This document shows positions 10,955 to 17,477 of a stretch of DNA of 64,000 nt, one piece after another. Source of the stretch: an uncultured virus (IMG/VR IMGVR_UViG_3300009419_000009) (Duplodnaviria; Heunggongvirae; Uroviricota; Caudoviricetes); the IMG/VR virus record IMGVR_UViG_3300009419_000009, positions 1-64,000 of that record. One strand, 5' to 3'. Position numbers and translations under genes: made by a program. How positions within the stretch are numbered: the stretch's first letter is position 1; every line of letters starts with the position of its first letter. The notes under the pieces are model-generated. The model saw only the letters and a list, made by a program, of their open reading frames with translations. It searched no databases and was not told the DNA's origin.

Positions 10955-11699
10955 CGTATTTCATCCAATCTTGGTGCATACACACCAGTGTGTTGTACAG
11001 TAACGGCGCTGGCACGAATAGCAAATAAAATTGCTTGACTCATGTCACCATCTGTATTTAGATATTCATATGCCAATGCTGCCAAGAATGTATCACCGGC
11101 TCCACACACGTCAGTAACGTCTATTTCAGGCGCCGGATACATGACAAAATTGTGCAAAGCGCCTTCTTTACCCAGCGTTACAATCATGTTTGTGCAATCG
11201 CTGTGTCTTGCCTTGTATTCAACTTCGTTGATCTTTACAATGCAACCTTCAATCTTTTTAGATCCTGCTTTTTGGTGTCAATGAAAATAGGACCCGGAAA
11301 TTCTCTGCGTAGTTCTTCCACCAGCTCATATGTGATCAGGCCTTTGTTGTAGTCGCTGATCACAATGGCATGATACACTTGTGGTATTGCTGTTTCAAAC
11401 ACTAGCGGATCGTTTTTGACATCAGCATCTATTCTAACAATCTGTTGCTTGCTACGACTGTCAATCAATCGTGTCTTGACACTTTGTTGCCCTGTGATAA
11501 AATTTGCATCTAGGCCAAGTGCTTTGAGATTTTCATATACATTGGCCGCCATGCCTGGGCGTTTTTCTTCTGTGGTGGGTGTGAACACAGGAACAGGTGC
11601 TTCTGGACTCATACGATCCACAACACCATATTGATAAACATCTAAACAACTGTCACCTAGTAACAATATGTTGAATTGCTTTTGTACTGGAATACTCAT
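10951..11699 (-). pseudogene. PfkB-family heptose-7-phosphate kinase (HldE domain I-like), split by a 1-nt frameshift near 11251
   Basis: N-part LLGDSCLDVY..G.V.RMSPEAPVP and ISDYNKG; C-part DVCGAGDTF; adding one T restores DLKRFEGCIVKINEVE; may be a sequencing error. Confidence 0.75.
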
Positions 11700-12048
11700 C
11701 GAGTCTTTCAAAAAATTCAATGCGTGGCACATGTTCTTCACCAATGATTGGCCGACCACGATAGTCGCTGCCTTTGACCATGATGTCTGGCTCGCTTGTT
11801 TGGATCAGGTGTTCTAGTTCTTGATCTGTGTCAAAAGTACAAACCTTGTCCACGTACCTTAGAGCTTGCAACATTAGCCTGCGTTCATCTTGATTGAAGA
11901 ACGGACGGCCTGTGCCTTTTAGCTGTCGTACACGACGATCTGTATCTATAGCAACTGTTACCCTGCCAAGACTAGCCGCATACTGCAACAGCATCACATG
12001 CCCCGGATGCAGGATATCAAACGTACCATTGACGAACACTTTAATCAT
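11653..12048 (-). CDS. Cytidylyltransferase-family nucleotidyltransferase (HldE domain II-like)
   Basis: GTFDILHPGH, KG..RP, VKGSDY, YSST motifs; start trimmed to MIKVFVNG because the longer ORF overlaps tRNAs. Confidence 0.88.
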   Translation of the reverse strand: MIKVFVNGTFDILHPGHVMLLQYAASLGRVTVAIDTDRRVRQLKGTGRPFFNQDERRLMLQALRYVDKVCTFDTDQELEHLIQTSEPDIMVKGSDYRGRPIIGEEHVPRIEFFERLDEYSSTKAIQHIVTR

Positions 12049-12054
12049 TGTTAC

Positions 12055-12083
12055 ATTATATATTGTTGCACAAGCTTCGTCAA
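12055..12083 (-). promoter_or_regulatory. Sigma70-type promoter, probably leaderless
   Basis: TTGACG-17-TATAAT, ATG follows after 6 nt. Confidence 0.75.
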
Positions 12084-12091
12084 TAGATATT

Positions 12092-12165
12092 TGGTGCTCA
12101 AGTACAGAATCGAACTGTCGATTGCTCCTTACCATGGAGCCGTTATGCCACTTAACTACAAGAGC
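12092..12165 (-). tRNA. tRNA-Thr(GGU)
   Basis: GCTCC-ATGGTAA-GGAGC, T-loop, CCA. Confidence 0.92.
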
Positions 12166-12166
12166 G

Positions 12167-12243
12167 TGGTACCCCTCCCCCGACTCGAACGGGGAACACA
12201 CTCCTTTTGAGAGAGCCGCGTCTACCAATTGCGCCAGAGGGGT
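12167..12243 (-). tRNA. tRNA-Leu(CAA), short variable loop
   Basis: Loop CTCAAAA, 77 nt, CCA. Confidence 0.85.
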
Positions 12244-12249
12244 ATTGAG

Positions 12250-12325
12250 TGGTGGAAGTGGTGAGACTCGAACTCACGATAAACACCGTATGAAGGTGGC
12301 GCATTAGCCACTATGCTACACTTCC
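12250..12325 (-). tRNA. tRNA-Met(CAU) (elongator; Ile2 not excluded)
   Basis: CACC-TTCATAC-GGTG, CCA. Confidence 0.85.
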
Positions 12326-12330
12326 TGAAA

Positions 12331-12407
12331 TGGCGACCCCGAAAGGATTTGAACCTCTGACATTTGGTTTTGGAGACCAACGTTCTGCCGGACTGAACTA
12401 CGGAGCC
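12331..12407 (-). tRNA. tRNA-Trp(CCA)
   Basis: TTGGT-CTCCAAA-ACCAA, CCA. Confidence 0.95.
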
Positions 12408-12412
12408 ATGTA

Positions 12413-12490
12413 TGGAGCAACGGGTGAGATTTGAACTCACGGTTTTCGGGATTTGCAATCCCGTGCATTGGGCCGCTCTGCCACCGTTGC
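12413..12490 (-). tRNA. tRNA-Cys(GCA)
   Basis: CGGGA-TTGCAAA-TCCCG, U73, CCA. Confidence 0.95.
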
Positions 12491-12494
12491 ATAT

Positions 12495-12568
12495 TGGTTG
12501 CGGGCCCAGGATTTGAACCTGGGATGCTCCTGGCTTATGAGACCGGAGTGGTGGCCGCCCTGCCCGCG
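12495..12568 (-). tRNA. Initiator-like tRNA-Met(CAU) with aberrant D-arm
   Basis: CGCGGGC/GCCCGCA acceptor with C1xA72, loop CTCATAA, canonical T-arm, CCA. Confidence 0.75.
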
Positions 12569-12575
12569 ATAATCT

Positions 12576-12667
12576 TGGCGGAAACGGAGAGATTCGAACT
12601 CTCGGTGCCAATTACTTGACACGACAGGTTAGCAACCTGCTGCCTTAGACCACTCGGCCACGTTTCC
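12576..12667 (-). tRNA. tRNA-Ser(GCU)
   Basis: CAGG-TTGCTAA-CCTG, long variable arm, CCA. Confidence 0.95.
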
Positions 12668-12677
12668 AGTTGTTTGT

Positions 12678-12706
12678 ATTATATAGTGATAGCACATTGC
12701 TGTCAA
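12678..12706 (-). promoter_or_regulatory. Consensus sigma70 promoter internal to tRNA array
   Basis: Perfect TTGACA-17-TATAAT 10 nt upstream of tRNA-Ser(GCU). Confidence 0.88.
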
Positions 12707-12715
12707 TGTTTATTT

Positions 12716-12791
12716 TGGTAGTTCCTAGCGGGCTTGAACCACTGACCTTTACGATGTCAACGTAACGCTCTACCAACTGAGCTAAGGAACT
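12716..12791 (-). tRNA. tRNA-Val(GAC)
   Basis: TTACG-TTGACAT-CGTAA, CCA. Confidence 0.95.
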
Positions 12792-12793
12792 GT

Positions 12794-12868
12794 TGGTACC
12801 GCTAGGAGGAATCGAACCTCCGTCTTAACCTTAGGAGTGTTTTGTTCTATCCACTGAACTATAGCGGT
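12794..12868 (-). tRNA. tRNA-Arg(CCU), weak anticodon stem
   Basis: Loop CTCCTAA, only 3 WC pairs in anticodon stem; good acceptor, D and T arms, CCA. Confidence 0.8.
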
Positions 12869-13074
12869 TTGTTTAGTTTTTTGATATGCTCAATGTGGCG
12901 TTTGAATTCGCGCACATAGTAAGGATCTTTTTCCAGCATCTTGGCTAGATATCCTGCTAGAAAACCTGCATGATACAGCCTGTGCATTCTTTCGTTGCCC
13001 TTGTATTCCACAGGACACACTGACTCTACACTTTGTTGTATAAACTTAACATAGTCTTCGTGTGAGTAGTCCAT
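12859..13074 (-). CDS. Hypothetical 71-aa protein
   Basis: ORF filling a gap between tRNAs; TAAATA 5 nt before ATG; stop lies inside tRNA-Arg(CCU). Confidence 0.65.
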   Translation of the reverse strand: MDYSHEDYVKFIQQSVESVCPVEYKGNERMHRLYHAGFLAGYLAKMLEKDPYYVREFKRHIEHIKKLNKPL

Positions 13075-13085
13075 ACAAATATTTA

Positions 13086-13161
13086 TGGAGCCCCCTGAGG
13101 GATTCGAACCCCCGACTAACTGGTTCGAAGCCAGCTACTCTGTCCACTGAGTTAAAGGGGC
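13086..13161 (-). tRNA. tRNA-Arg(UCG)
   Basis: CTGG-CTTCGAA-CCAG, CCA. Confidence 0.93.
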
Positions 13162-13167
13162 AATGTG

Positions 13168-13243
13168 TGGTGCCAAGGACTGGACTCGAACCAGTAACAC
13201 ACGGATTTTCAATCTGCTGCTCTACCATTGGAGCTACCGAGGC
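13168..13243 (-). tRNA. tRNA-Phe(GAA)
   Basis: Loop TTGAAAA, CCA. Confidence 0.92.
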
Positions 13244-13248
13244 ATGTT

Positions 13249-13323
13249 TGGGGAGAAGTACGGGAATCGAACCCGTGATAGCGGAATCACAACCCGCGGT
13301 TTTGCCACTAAACTAACGACTCC
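13249..13323 (-). tRNA. tRNA-His(GUG)
   Basis: Loop TTGTGAT, G-1:C73, CCA. Confidence 0.92.
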
Positions 13324-13329
13324 ATTGAT

Positions 13330-13403
13330 TGGCACGGGAACTAGGGATCGAACCTAGGACGACAGAGTCAAAGTCTGTTGTGTTACCTCTACACCATTCC
13401 CGA
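13330..13403 (-). tRNA. tRNA-Gln(UUG)
   Basis: ACAGA-CTTTGAC-TCTGT, CCA. Confidence 0.93.
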
Positions 13404-13410
13404 ACAAAAC

Positions 13411-13487
13411 TGGCGCGACCAGCAGGATTCGAACCTACCACCCCAACGTTCGTAGCGTTGTACTCTATCCAAATGAGCTATGGTCGC
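13411..13487 (-). tRNA. tRNA-Arg(ACG)
   Basis: CAACG-CTACGAA-CGTTG, CCA. Confidence 0.95.
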
Positions 13488-13590
13488 ATAATTAGTGCTA
13501 GATTGTTTACTGCACAACCTAGCAAAGCAGGGGTCTGTAGACTGCATACAACTTGTCTCATTGTACTCCGTATGCAAGGGAGAGATTGAA

Positions 13591-13808
13591 TTTGAGAGCC
13601 TACGCCGCGTTTATCGTAGATTTATTCAGGACTTACCGGCCGCCTAGCCTGACCTCGCTCGCGATGGATATCACTTGGGCGCCTGTCCAGTTAGCAACCA
13701 ATCTGCACCGCTCTTCCGAGCAGCCGGGAGTTGAACCCGTCCCCTTTTACTATTTTGGTAGTTCGAACTTACCTAGATAGCGTGACTGCGCTTGCTGACA
13801 CTCTCAAA
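13591..13808 (-). ncRNA. Putative structured ncRNA (~220 nt), family unknown
   Basis: Closed by TTTGAGAG/CTCTCAAA stem; internal T-arm-like CGGG-TTCAACT-CCCG; GC-rich; no convincing ORF. Confidence 0.6.
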
Positions 13809-13811
13809 ACT

Positions 13812-13888
13812 TGGTCGGAGTACAAGGATTCGAACCTTGGACCCCCTGGTCCCAAACCAGGTGCGCTACCAGACTGCGCCACACTCCG
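13812..13888 (-). tRNA. tRNA-Pro(UGG)
   Basis: CCTGG-TTTGGGA-CCAGG, CCA. Confidence 0.95.
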
Positions 13889-13895
13889 AAATTGA

Positions 13896-13969
13896 TGGTG
13901 CCCCGTGACAGAATCGAACTGCCAACTACTGATTACAAAACAGTTGTTATACCACTTAACTAACAGGGC
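13896..13969 (-). tRNA. tRNA-Thr(UGU)
   Basis: Loop TTTGTAA, CCA. Confidence 0.92.
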
Positions 13970-13976
13970 TTGAAAC

Positions 13977-14050
13977 TGGAGCGGGGTAGGAGAATCGAAC
14001 TCCTCGCTTTAGCTTGGAAGGCTAAGGTATTACCACTATACGAACCCCGC
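13977..14050 (-). tRNA. tRNA-Gly(UCC)
   Basis: TTAGC-CTTCCAA-GCTAA, CCA. Confidence 0.95.
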
Positions 14051-14059
14051 AATAAAATC

Positions 14060-14134
14060 TGGTGCATCGTGAGAGGGTCGAACTCCCGACATTCGCCGTG
14101 TAAAGGCGCTACTCTACCACTGAGTTAACGATGC
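14060..14134 (-). tRNA. tRNA-Val(UAC)
   Basis: CGCC-TTTACAC-GGCG, CCA. Confidence 0.95.
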
Positions 14135-14139
14135 AATGT

Positions 14140-14214
14140 TGGTGGAGGATAGCGGGGTCGAACCGCTGACTGAAGCTTGCAAAGCTACTGTGTTCCCAAC
14201 TATACCAATCCCCC
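14140..14214 (-). tRNA. tRNA-Ala(UGC)
   Basis: Loop TTTGCAA, G3:U70, CCA. Confidence 0.92.
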
Positions 14215-14221
14215 ATAACAC

Positions 14222-14297
14222 TGGCTCCACAGGGTGGGCTCGAACCACCGACCAAATGATTAACAGTCATCTACTCTACCAACTGAGCTACTGCGGA
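14222..14297 (-). tRNA. tRNA-Asn(GUU)
   Basis: ATGA-CTGTTAA-TCAT, CCA. Confidence 0.95.
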
Positions 14298-14305
14298 ATA
14301 AAATC

Positions 14306-14381
14306 TGGAGCGGGCGAAGAGGTTCGAACTCTCGACATTTACCTTGGCAAGGTAATGCTCTACCAACTGAGCTACGCCCGC
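14306..14381 (-). tRNA. tRNA-Gly(GCC)
   Basis: TTACC-TTGCCAA-GGTAA, CCA. Confidence 0.95.
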
Positions 14382-14392
14382 ATGTGTTTTAC

Positions 14393-14614
14393 TTATTTGT
14401 CGCGAACTTTCTTCAAATATTCGCGACCTACTTTACCTTGTTCAATTTCTTCAAGCACTTGAATAATAGGACCATTTGTTGATACAACTTTTGATCTATG
14501 TCCAGCTTTGATTTCTCTTAGTCTAGCTGATGCAATCAACACTAGGTCAAATTGATTACCTATCATTTGTGCTGCCTCTTGTGATGTTCTACCAGTGATG
14601 TATTCGTCGGACAT
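14393..14614 (-). CDS. rpoZ: RNA polymerase omega subunit-like protein
   Basis: IGNQFDLVLIASAR.REI..GH and LEEIEQGKVG.EYLKKV match the recalled omega pattern NRF.LVL.A..RAR.L / ALREI..G.(I/V). Confidence 0.8.
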   Translation of the reverse strand: MSDEYITGRTSQEAAQMIGNQFDLVLIASARLREIKAGHRSKVVSTNGPIIQVLEEIEQGKVGREYLKKVRDK

Positions 14615-14667
14615 TAAGTTCCTTTGTTTTATTTACTTAGTATAACACACGATCATGCTAATTGCAA

Positions 14668-14742
14668 TGGTTGCCTATCTTGGGAACGATCCAAGGACCC
14701 CCGCCTTATCAAGACGGTGCTCTACCACTGAGCTAATAGGCA
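14668..14742 (-). tRNA. tRNA-Ile(GAU)
   Basis: Loop TTGATAA, T-loop variant ATCGTTC, CCA. Confidence 0.92.
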
Positions 14743-14747
14743 ATAAT

Positions 14748-14909
14748 ACCATATGGAAACACACTAGTGAGCCAGTCTAACGCAGCCATCGCAACTTTGC
14801 AAGTCGTTTCCAACTTGTGTATCGTCTTTCTGGGCGAGCTGTATGTGTAGAGCTCCGCAAGTTCTCAATGCAATCGCTTGCAAGGACAACTAGTATGTTT
14901 TCATATGGT
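14748..14909 (-). ncRNA. Conserved-stalk hairpin RNA, copy 4
   Basis: ACCATATGAAAACATACTAGT...ACTAGTGTGTTTCCATATGGT terminal stem; begins in the ACCA of tRNA-Lys(UUU). Confidence 0.6.
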
Positions 14910-14981
14910 AGAAGCAGTGGGACTCGAACCCACAACTATCCGGTTAAAAGCCGGGTACTCTAGCCATTGAGTTATGCTTCC
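14906..14981 (-). tRNA. tRNA-Lys(UUU)
   Basis: CCGG-CTTTTAA-CCGG, CCA. Confidence 0.95.
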
Positions 14982-14984
14982 ATA

Positions 14985-15060
14985 TGGTCCCTGCGGTCAG
15001 GCTCGAACTGACGACCAGCGGATTAAGAGTCCGTTGCGCTACCAACTGCGCCACACAGGG
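14985..15060 (-). tRNA. tRNA-Lys(CUU)
   Basis: CGGA-CTCTTAA-TCCG, CCA. Confidence 0.95.
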
Positions 15061-15120
15061 TTGTACGTATTGTTTGATTTTACGTGCCAACCCTAGACCA
15101 TACGGATGCCTAGAGCGACA

Positions 15121-15141
15121 CTAGAGTTTACCTCGTTTCAT
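15121..15141 (-). CDS. Minigene/leader peptide MKRGKL
   Basis: AAGGAG SD (15148-15153) 6 nt before ATG AAA CGA GGT AAA CTC TAG. Confidence 0.6.
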   Translation of the reverse strand: MKRGKL

Positions 15142-15164
15142 GTCAATCTCCTTGATTAAATAAA

Positions 15165-15357
15165 ATGCTCTGCGAACCCCGGTGGTAATTATACCGTATC
15201 AGACCTTTGGAGTCATCACGCACGGCCTCCACCCACTTCCCGACGGGTTCCGTTGTCGCATTGCCAGCGGCCTTTCGGTAGGAAGACTACCACCCTTGGC
15301 TATCACACCACTTCTCATCGTGCGGGTCACACTATCTGCTGATTAGGCAGAACGTTC
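15165..15357 (-). ncRNA. Putative structured ncRNA (~190 nt), family unknown
   Basis: GC-rich non-coding block; long-range CGCACG/CGTGCG and GGTGGTAGT/ATTACCACC complementarity. Confidence 0.55.
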
Positions 15358-15417
15358 TAGCTACAGGACACTTGTGTTGTTTAAGCCTGAGCACGGATGC
15401 AAGGCTCCTCTAAAAAT

Positions 15418-15492
15418 TGGCGGTGCCAAGGGGTAACGATCCCCTTCTTCGAGCGTGACAGGCTCGTGTGCGTCCATGAACACTTTGGCACC
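15418..15492 (-). tRNA. tRNA-Asp(GUC)
   Basis: CGAGC-CTGTCAC-GCTCG, T-loop variant ATCGTTA, CCA. Confidence 0.92.
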
Positions 15493-15498
15493 TAAAAA

Positions 15499-15574
15499 TG
15501 GTACACGGTACGGGAATCGAACCCGTCTTACTAACGTGAAAGGCTAGTGTCCTAAACCGATAGACGAACCGTGC
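15499..15574 (-). tRNA. tRNA-Glu(UUC)
   Basis: CTAGC-CTTTCAC-GTTAG, CCA. Confidence 0.93.
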
Positions 15575-15579
15575 ATAAA

Positions 15580-15664
15580 TGGTGGAGGTGGCTGGACTTG
15601 AACCAACAATGCACAAGGGCGGCGGATTTACAGTCCACTGGGGATACCATTTTCCTACACCTCC
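15580..15664 (-). tRNA. tRNA-Tyr(GUA)
   Basis: GTGGA-CTGTAAA-TCCGC, long variable arm, CCA. Confidence 0.93.
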
Positions 15665-15672
15665 AAATTTTT

Positions 15673-15803
15673 ACCATATAGAAACACACTCGGCTCCCCT
15701 TACAACCTTGTTCCTGTCAATTCAGGATGCACCTGGAATGAACCCAGCGGATCTCCTTGGTTGTTTGTATCTGTCAATTCAGATTGAAAATGTGTTCTTA
15801 TAT
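15673..15803 (-). ncRNA. Conserved-stalk hairpin RNA, copy 3
   Basis: ATATAAGAACACATT...AGTGTGTTTCTATAT; two internal CTG-AATTGA-CAG hairpins. Confidence 0.6.
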
Positions 15804-15806
15804 AAT

Positions 15807-15890
15807 ACCATATAGAAACACACTGGCTGTTGCTTGTCATTGTCTTTAACTACCTCTCGGTGGCGGTAGACCAGTGTGTTTTTATATGGT
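15807..15890 (-). ncRNA. Conserved-stalk hairpin RNA, copy 2
   Basis: ACCATATAAAAACACACTGG...CCAGTGTGTTTCTATATGGT. Confidence 0.6.
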
Positions 15891-16773
15891 GGAGGACTGA
15901 GAATACATCTCTCCCATAAGCACCTCAAGCATTATTGTACACCTTGCGAGCGTACTTTCTCTTGACTTCCACTCGGGTCCTTGCGGATCTCCTAGTCTGC
16001 TTACAGTATCGCCGTTTTTAACGTCAAGCAGTAGACGTGTCATCATATGCTATTCTGCGGATTCCATTCCGTTAGCCTTGCGAGCTATTCAGGTGCGCTA
16101 ACACCTTACGAACCCCCCTCCACAAACTAATGTCACCTTGCGAGCTTCATTAGACTTGATTCACTTGCGTGTCAAGTATTAGATACTTTTCACATATGAC
16201 CGAGGCAGTCTTTGCGTTTTTGTAATGATAGTTGGGATTTGAACCCGACTGCATCCAGCTTAAAAGGCTAGCGTTCAACCATTGAACTTTATCAACCTAC
16301 CGTGATGAGCTACCTCTGTTGCTATATAATCTTTTGGACTACATAATACAACTCACCACATACCTTTCCTCTTGCGGAGTAATCAGTGATGTTTCACGAC
16401 CAGTGTCCTGCTTCAAAACAGTCCACCACCCATTAACATTGCACACGAGCCCTTGGGTGCAACCCCTCGAACCAATATACTACCCTTTCTCATACCTGTT
16501 GACAAGTTGGTTTTGTATGGAAGTCAGCACCACCTGTTACTTTTCATGCACCCTGGTTCCCTTACGGGCCAGTCGATACACATTCTTCCCCATACACTTG
16601 CTTCACAGTTACAACCACCGGTCTTATCAGTGATCGCTACCTTGCGATAGTGAGCAGGCTTGTTTACATGAACCATCTCTGGCGCAGGAGTGTAGGACTC
16701 ATCTGCTTTGGGTAGGTCACCCTACTTATTCTTCGTAGACGGCAAGCCGCCTACAGGACAATAAACTGCCCCG
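15887..16773 (-). ncRNA. GOLLD-like giant structured RNA (~890 nt)
   Basis: No credible ORF; at least 7 CGCAAG tetraloop-type motifs; long-range helices 16763-16773/16201-16211 and GTGGAGG(~16116-16122)/CCTCCAC(3' end); size and phage tRNA-cluster context fit GOLLD; not confirmed by CM search. Confidence 0.7.
16225..16296 (-). other. tRNA-Lys(UUU)-like element embedded in GOLLD-like RNA
   Basis: D-arm GTTC/GAAC, CTAGC-CTTTTAA-GCTGG, T-loop TTCAAAT, short TGATA/TATCA acceptor, no CCA. Confidence 0.7.
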
Positions 16774-16776
16774 AAA

Positions 16777-16903
16777 CTTTATTTGTTCTGCCATCTGCAC
16801 TATATGCCTCGCTCAACAGCTTTACTCGAGTTTACTGTTTATTGCTTTGGTTACATAACGCTTGATCTTGCCTCTGTGCTTACAGAAGGCAGAACAAATA
16901 AAG
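16777..16903 (-). ncRNA. Putative 127-nt RNA closed by a perfect 16-bp stem
   Basis: CTTTATTTGTTCTGCC...GGCAGAACAAATAAAG. Confidence 0.55.
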
Positions 16904-16904
16904 C

Positions 16905-17116
16905 CCATATCAAAACATACTACAGGAACTCCACTTACCTCACAGGACCGTCTCCTGCTACTTCCGTTTCGTCATTACAGTCTAACATACTCCACCGTGT
17001 CATACTTGGGTTTCCCCTCAACTTTCATGTGACTTGCACAGAGCCAGTCCGTCAACTGGTTATCCTCAGTGCAAGCACCTAGTGGTGTTAGCAACCTCTA
17101 ATACATTTAGATATGG
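16905..17116 (-). ncRNA. Conserved-stalk hairpin RNA, copy 1 (divergent)
   Basis: CCATATCTAAATGTATTA...TAGTATGTTTTGATATGG; begins in the CCA of tRNA-Leu(UAG). Confidence 0.5.
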
Positions 17117-17190
17117 TGCCCAAGGAGAGACTCGAACTCTCAAAATTTGGCTTCTAAGACCAACACGTATACCAATTCCGTCACCTGGGC
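17114..17190 (-). tRNA. tRNA-Leu(UAG), short variable loop
   Basis: TTGGT-CTTAGAA-GCCAA, 77 nt, CCA. Confidence 0.88.
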
Positions 17191-17251
17191 ATTGCTTTTT
17201 AACGATGTTAAAGAACATTTGTTCGTCTGCAAACGATGTTGCAGTTGGGTT

Positions 17252-17280
17252 AGTGTAACTGCAATTTGCATTGCTGTCAA
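17252..17280 (-). promoter_or_regulatory. Sigma70-type promoter (tandem, proximal)
   Basis: TTGACA-17-TACACT. Confidence 0.75.
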
Positions 17281-17353
17281 CTAATTTTTCTACTGTGTTG
17301 CAAAACAACAACAGCACCCTTGTTAGCAACACGATGTTTGCTACAGTTTCACA

Positions 17354-17382
17354 AGTATATGTGATCCTGGCATTGCTGTCAA
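17354..17382 (-). promoter_or_regulatory. Sigma70-type promoter (tandem, distal)
   Basis: TTGACA-17-TATACT. Confidence 0.8.
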
Positions 17383-17477
17383 CTGCTTTTTTAACATGTT
17401 GCAAAAATACTACACTGGTTGTTGACTTTGCAACACTTACAGATTCACAGTCGGTAAGTCATGTTCGTCCAATGTAG

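Noticed and set aside
11235..11262. Programmed -1 frameshift in the PfkB kinase
   Set aside because: CTA AAA AGA TTG is not an in-frame X XXY YYZ heptamer; restoring one T gives a natural reading, so an indel is simpler.
12794..12868. Amber suppressor tRNA or recoded genetic code
   Set aside because: Loop CTCCTAA centres on CCT; TAG, TGA and TAA all end genes normally in this window.
13478..13561. Fourth leader peptide (MRQVVCSLQ...) before tRNA-Arg(ACG)
   Set aside because: SD is only 4 nt from the ATG and buried in a hairpin, the frame runs into the tRNA, and there is no clear codon match; too weak to call.
13591..13808. RNase P RNA or tmRNA
   Set aside because: No GAGGAAAGUCC/P4 signature; no Ala-type acceptor with CCA or tag reading frame.
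15721..15760. preQ1 riboswitch (CTGGGTTC...)
   Set aside because: Lacks the A-rich 3' tail and a downstream regulated CDS.
14748..17116. CRISPR array or MITEs for the CCATAT...ATATGG elements
   Set aside because: They are imperfect inverted stems with irregular spacing; no direct-repeat/spacer periodicity, cas gene, transposase or target duplication seen.
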